53,469 nt of DNA from contig CBDTZE010000001.1 of NCBI GenBank assembly GCA_965364815.1, forward strand, positions 1 to 53,469, read 5' to 3'. The notes under the pieces were generated by a model. That model did not search any database and was not told the origin of the DNA. It saw nothing but the letters and a program-made list of their open reading frames with translations. The position numbers and the translations under genes are program-made. This document shows, in pieces, positions 52,140 to 53,469 of the stretch; the first letter of the stretch is position 1, and each line of letters starts with the position of its first letter. Origin of the DNA: an uncultured Nitriliruptoria bacterium. Lineage in GTDB: Bacteria; Actinomycetota; Nitriliruptoria; Nitriliruptorales; Nitriliruptoraceae.

Positions 52140-53026
52140 GACGCCACCTCGGCACGGTGCGCGACGAGTCGCTCCTGGAAGGTCGGTTCGTCCACGTCGA
52201 TCCAGTTCTTGCGGAAGTCGGCCCACGCTGCCGGGTCCTTGGCGGTGGCGGCGTAGAGCTTCTGGAAGGCCTCGTCGCGGTCGTAGTCCGGCTCACACGA
52301 GGTGAAGTGCGCCCCACCCGGTGCTTCGACGATCCCGTCAACCATGGAGCGGTTCACGCGCAGCGTGTGGATCGAGCCCTCGTCCAGGAGCGCCTCCGTG
52401 GCCACGATGCGCTCGCAGGAGACGAAGCGCTTCTTCGCGGCCAGCAGGAACAGGTCGTCGAAGTAGAGATCCGGGCCGAGATACTGCGCGTTGCCGCGGG
52501 CGTCACCGCGGTTCATGTGGACCAGTGCGACGTCCAACTCGAGGGCAGGAACGGCCACGAGGTCCGGTCCGTCGTACGGGTCGGTGACGGTGCGAAGGTC
52601 CGGGTTGACGTCCAGGACCGACGAGCCCAGGCCCGCACGGGTCGGGAGGAACGGCAGTCGGTTCGCCGCGGCGAACAGCCCCCAGTAGAACATGCCCTCG
52701 TCGTACTCGACGGCCTGGACACGGCCTTCCTGGCGGGCCGCGCGGAAGTGGGGCTCCAAGGGGATGGAGTCAAGGGACACGAAGCCGTAGACGACCTTGG
52801 TGGCCTGGCCAGTGGCGCAGAGCATCCCGATGTCGGGGCCGCCGTAGCTGACGATCGTCAGGTCGGTCAGGCCCGACCGCGCGATCGCCCGGACCAAGGC
52901 CATGGGCTTGCGGCGGGAGCCCCAGCCGCCGATCCCGATGGTCATGCCGGATTCGAGTTGGCCGACGACGTCGTCGATCGACATCGTCCGGTCCGTCGGC
53001 TGGGGGAGGTCGGCGGGTGTGGTCAC
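52136..53026 (-). CDS. ipdA: CoA-transferase-fold alpha subunit, IpdA-like
   Basis: LESGMTIGIGGWGSRRKPMALVRAI...YGFVSLDS...RLPFLPTRAGLGSSV...IVEAPGGAHFT closely parallels my recollection of M. tuberculosis IpdA (Rv3551). GTG start. Confidence 0.85.
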   Translation of the reverse strand: MTTPADLPQPTDRTMSIDDVVGQLESGMTIGIGGWGSRRKPMALVRAIARSGLTDLTIVSYGGPDIGMLCATGQATKVVYGFVSLDSIPLEPHFRAARQEGRVQAVEYDEGMFYWGLFAAANRLPFLPTRAGLGSSVLDVNPDLRTVTDPYDGPDLVAVPALELDVALVHMNRGDARGNAQYLGPDLYFDDLFLLAAKKRFVSCERIVATEALLDEGSIHTLRVNRSMVDGIVEAPGGAHFTSCEPDYDRDEAFQKLYAATAKDPAAWADFRKNWIDVDEPTFQERLVAHRAEVAS

Positions 53027-53060
53027 AGGCAGGTCCTGGGGGTGGGATGCACGAGCACCG

Positions 53061-53469
53061 TCACTGGTCGAAGTTGGCGTCGCGCTTGTCGACGAAGGCC
53101 TGGCGGGCCTCGTCCGCTGCCCCGCGAAGGGTGAGCTCGTAGGTCAGGCCCTGCTCGAAGCGATAGGACGGGCGAGGGTCGACCGGGTCGATGCCCGTGA
53201 GCGCTTCCTTGGCCCGACGGATGATGGTCGGCGACTTCTCCGCGATGCTGGCGGCGACCCGCCTGGCCGTGGCGTCGAGGTCGTCGCGCGGGACGACTTC
53301 CAGCACGGAACCGAAGGCATGCAGCTCCGCCGCCGTCGCGTTCTGGGCCAGGTAGACCATCGCCCGCATCCGGTGCTGGGGGACCAGGCGGGCGAGGTGC
53401 GTCGCCGCGCCCAAGGCGCCGCGGTCGACCTCGGGAAGCCCGAAGTAGGCGTCCTCGCTTGCGACCACG
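53061..53469 (-). CDS. Enoyl-CoA hydratase (crotonase fold), EchA20-like; 5' end lies outside the window
   Basis: C-terminal 135 aa with ...AYFGLPEVDRGALGAATHLARLVP...AELHAFGSV.... Its position directly upstream of ipdAB matches Rv3550. Confidence 0.75.
   Translation of the reverse strand, partial: VVASEDAYFGLPEVDRGALGAATHLARLVPQHRMRAMVYLAQNATAAELHAFGSVLEVVPRDDLDATARRVAASIAEKSPTIIRRAKEALTGIDPVDPRPSYRFEQGLTYELTLRGAADEARQAFVDKRDANFDQ

Overview
High-GC (about 70%) actinobacterial chromosomal segment, with proteins that resemble Nocardioides/Nocardioidaceae (a guess I cannot verify here). I support about 52 protein-coding genes. I found no rRNA, tRNA, CRISPR array, transposase or integrase. Many long ORFs in the supplied track are antisense or out-of-frame shadows typical of high-GC DNA, and I did not call them.

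Gene content:
- 1-15.5 kb is mixed housekeeping and accessory: two lipoproteins including an orphan family-5 substrate-binding protein, a beta-lactamase-fold hydrolase, a WS/DGAT acyltransferase, a stand-alone ribB coupled to an FMN reductase, a CopB-type (CPH motif, His-rich) copper ATPase behind a CsoR-like palindrome, a small membrane protein resembling DUF5706/Pycsar effectors, a DUF4015 glycoside-hydrolase-like lipoprotein, and a PAS histidine kinase.
- 15.6-53.5 kb is dominated by lipid/steroid-type beta-oxidation genes: three sets of acyl-CoA dehydrogenases (two look like alpha/beta heteromeric pairs), a family III CoA-transferase, split MaoC hydratases, SDRs, luciferase-like oxidoreductases, DUF35 plus Ltp-like thiolase plus FadA thiolase, an OYE reductase, and an echA20-ipdA-ipdB-NMO block colinear with M. 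tuberculosis Rv3550-Rv3553.
- Interspersed in that region are a translationally coupled HK / REC / REC-GAF-HK signalling module, a membrane class III adenylate cyclase, cspA, and a conserved ATP-grasp / alpha-E / transglutaminase triad of unknown function.

Main non-coding observations:
- Two KstR-type boxes (one a perfect 10-2-10 palindrome) mark part of the region as steroid-regulon DNA, although no kstR gene is present.
- A perfectly conserved 17-bp palindrome, TCTGACG-ACC-CGTCAGA, occurs four times in intergenic DNA next to acyl-CoA-processing operons. A relaxed copy lies in front of a local TetR gene. I read this as a candidate uncharacterised operator and regulon.

All family assignments come from motifs read by eye. 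None has been checked by a database search.
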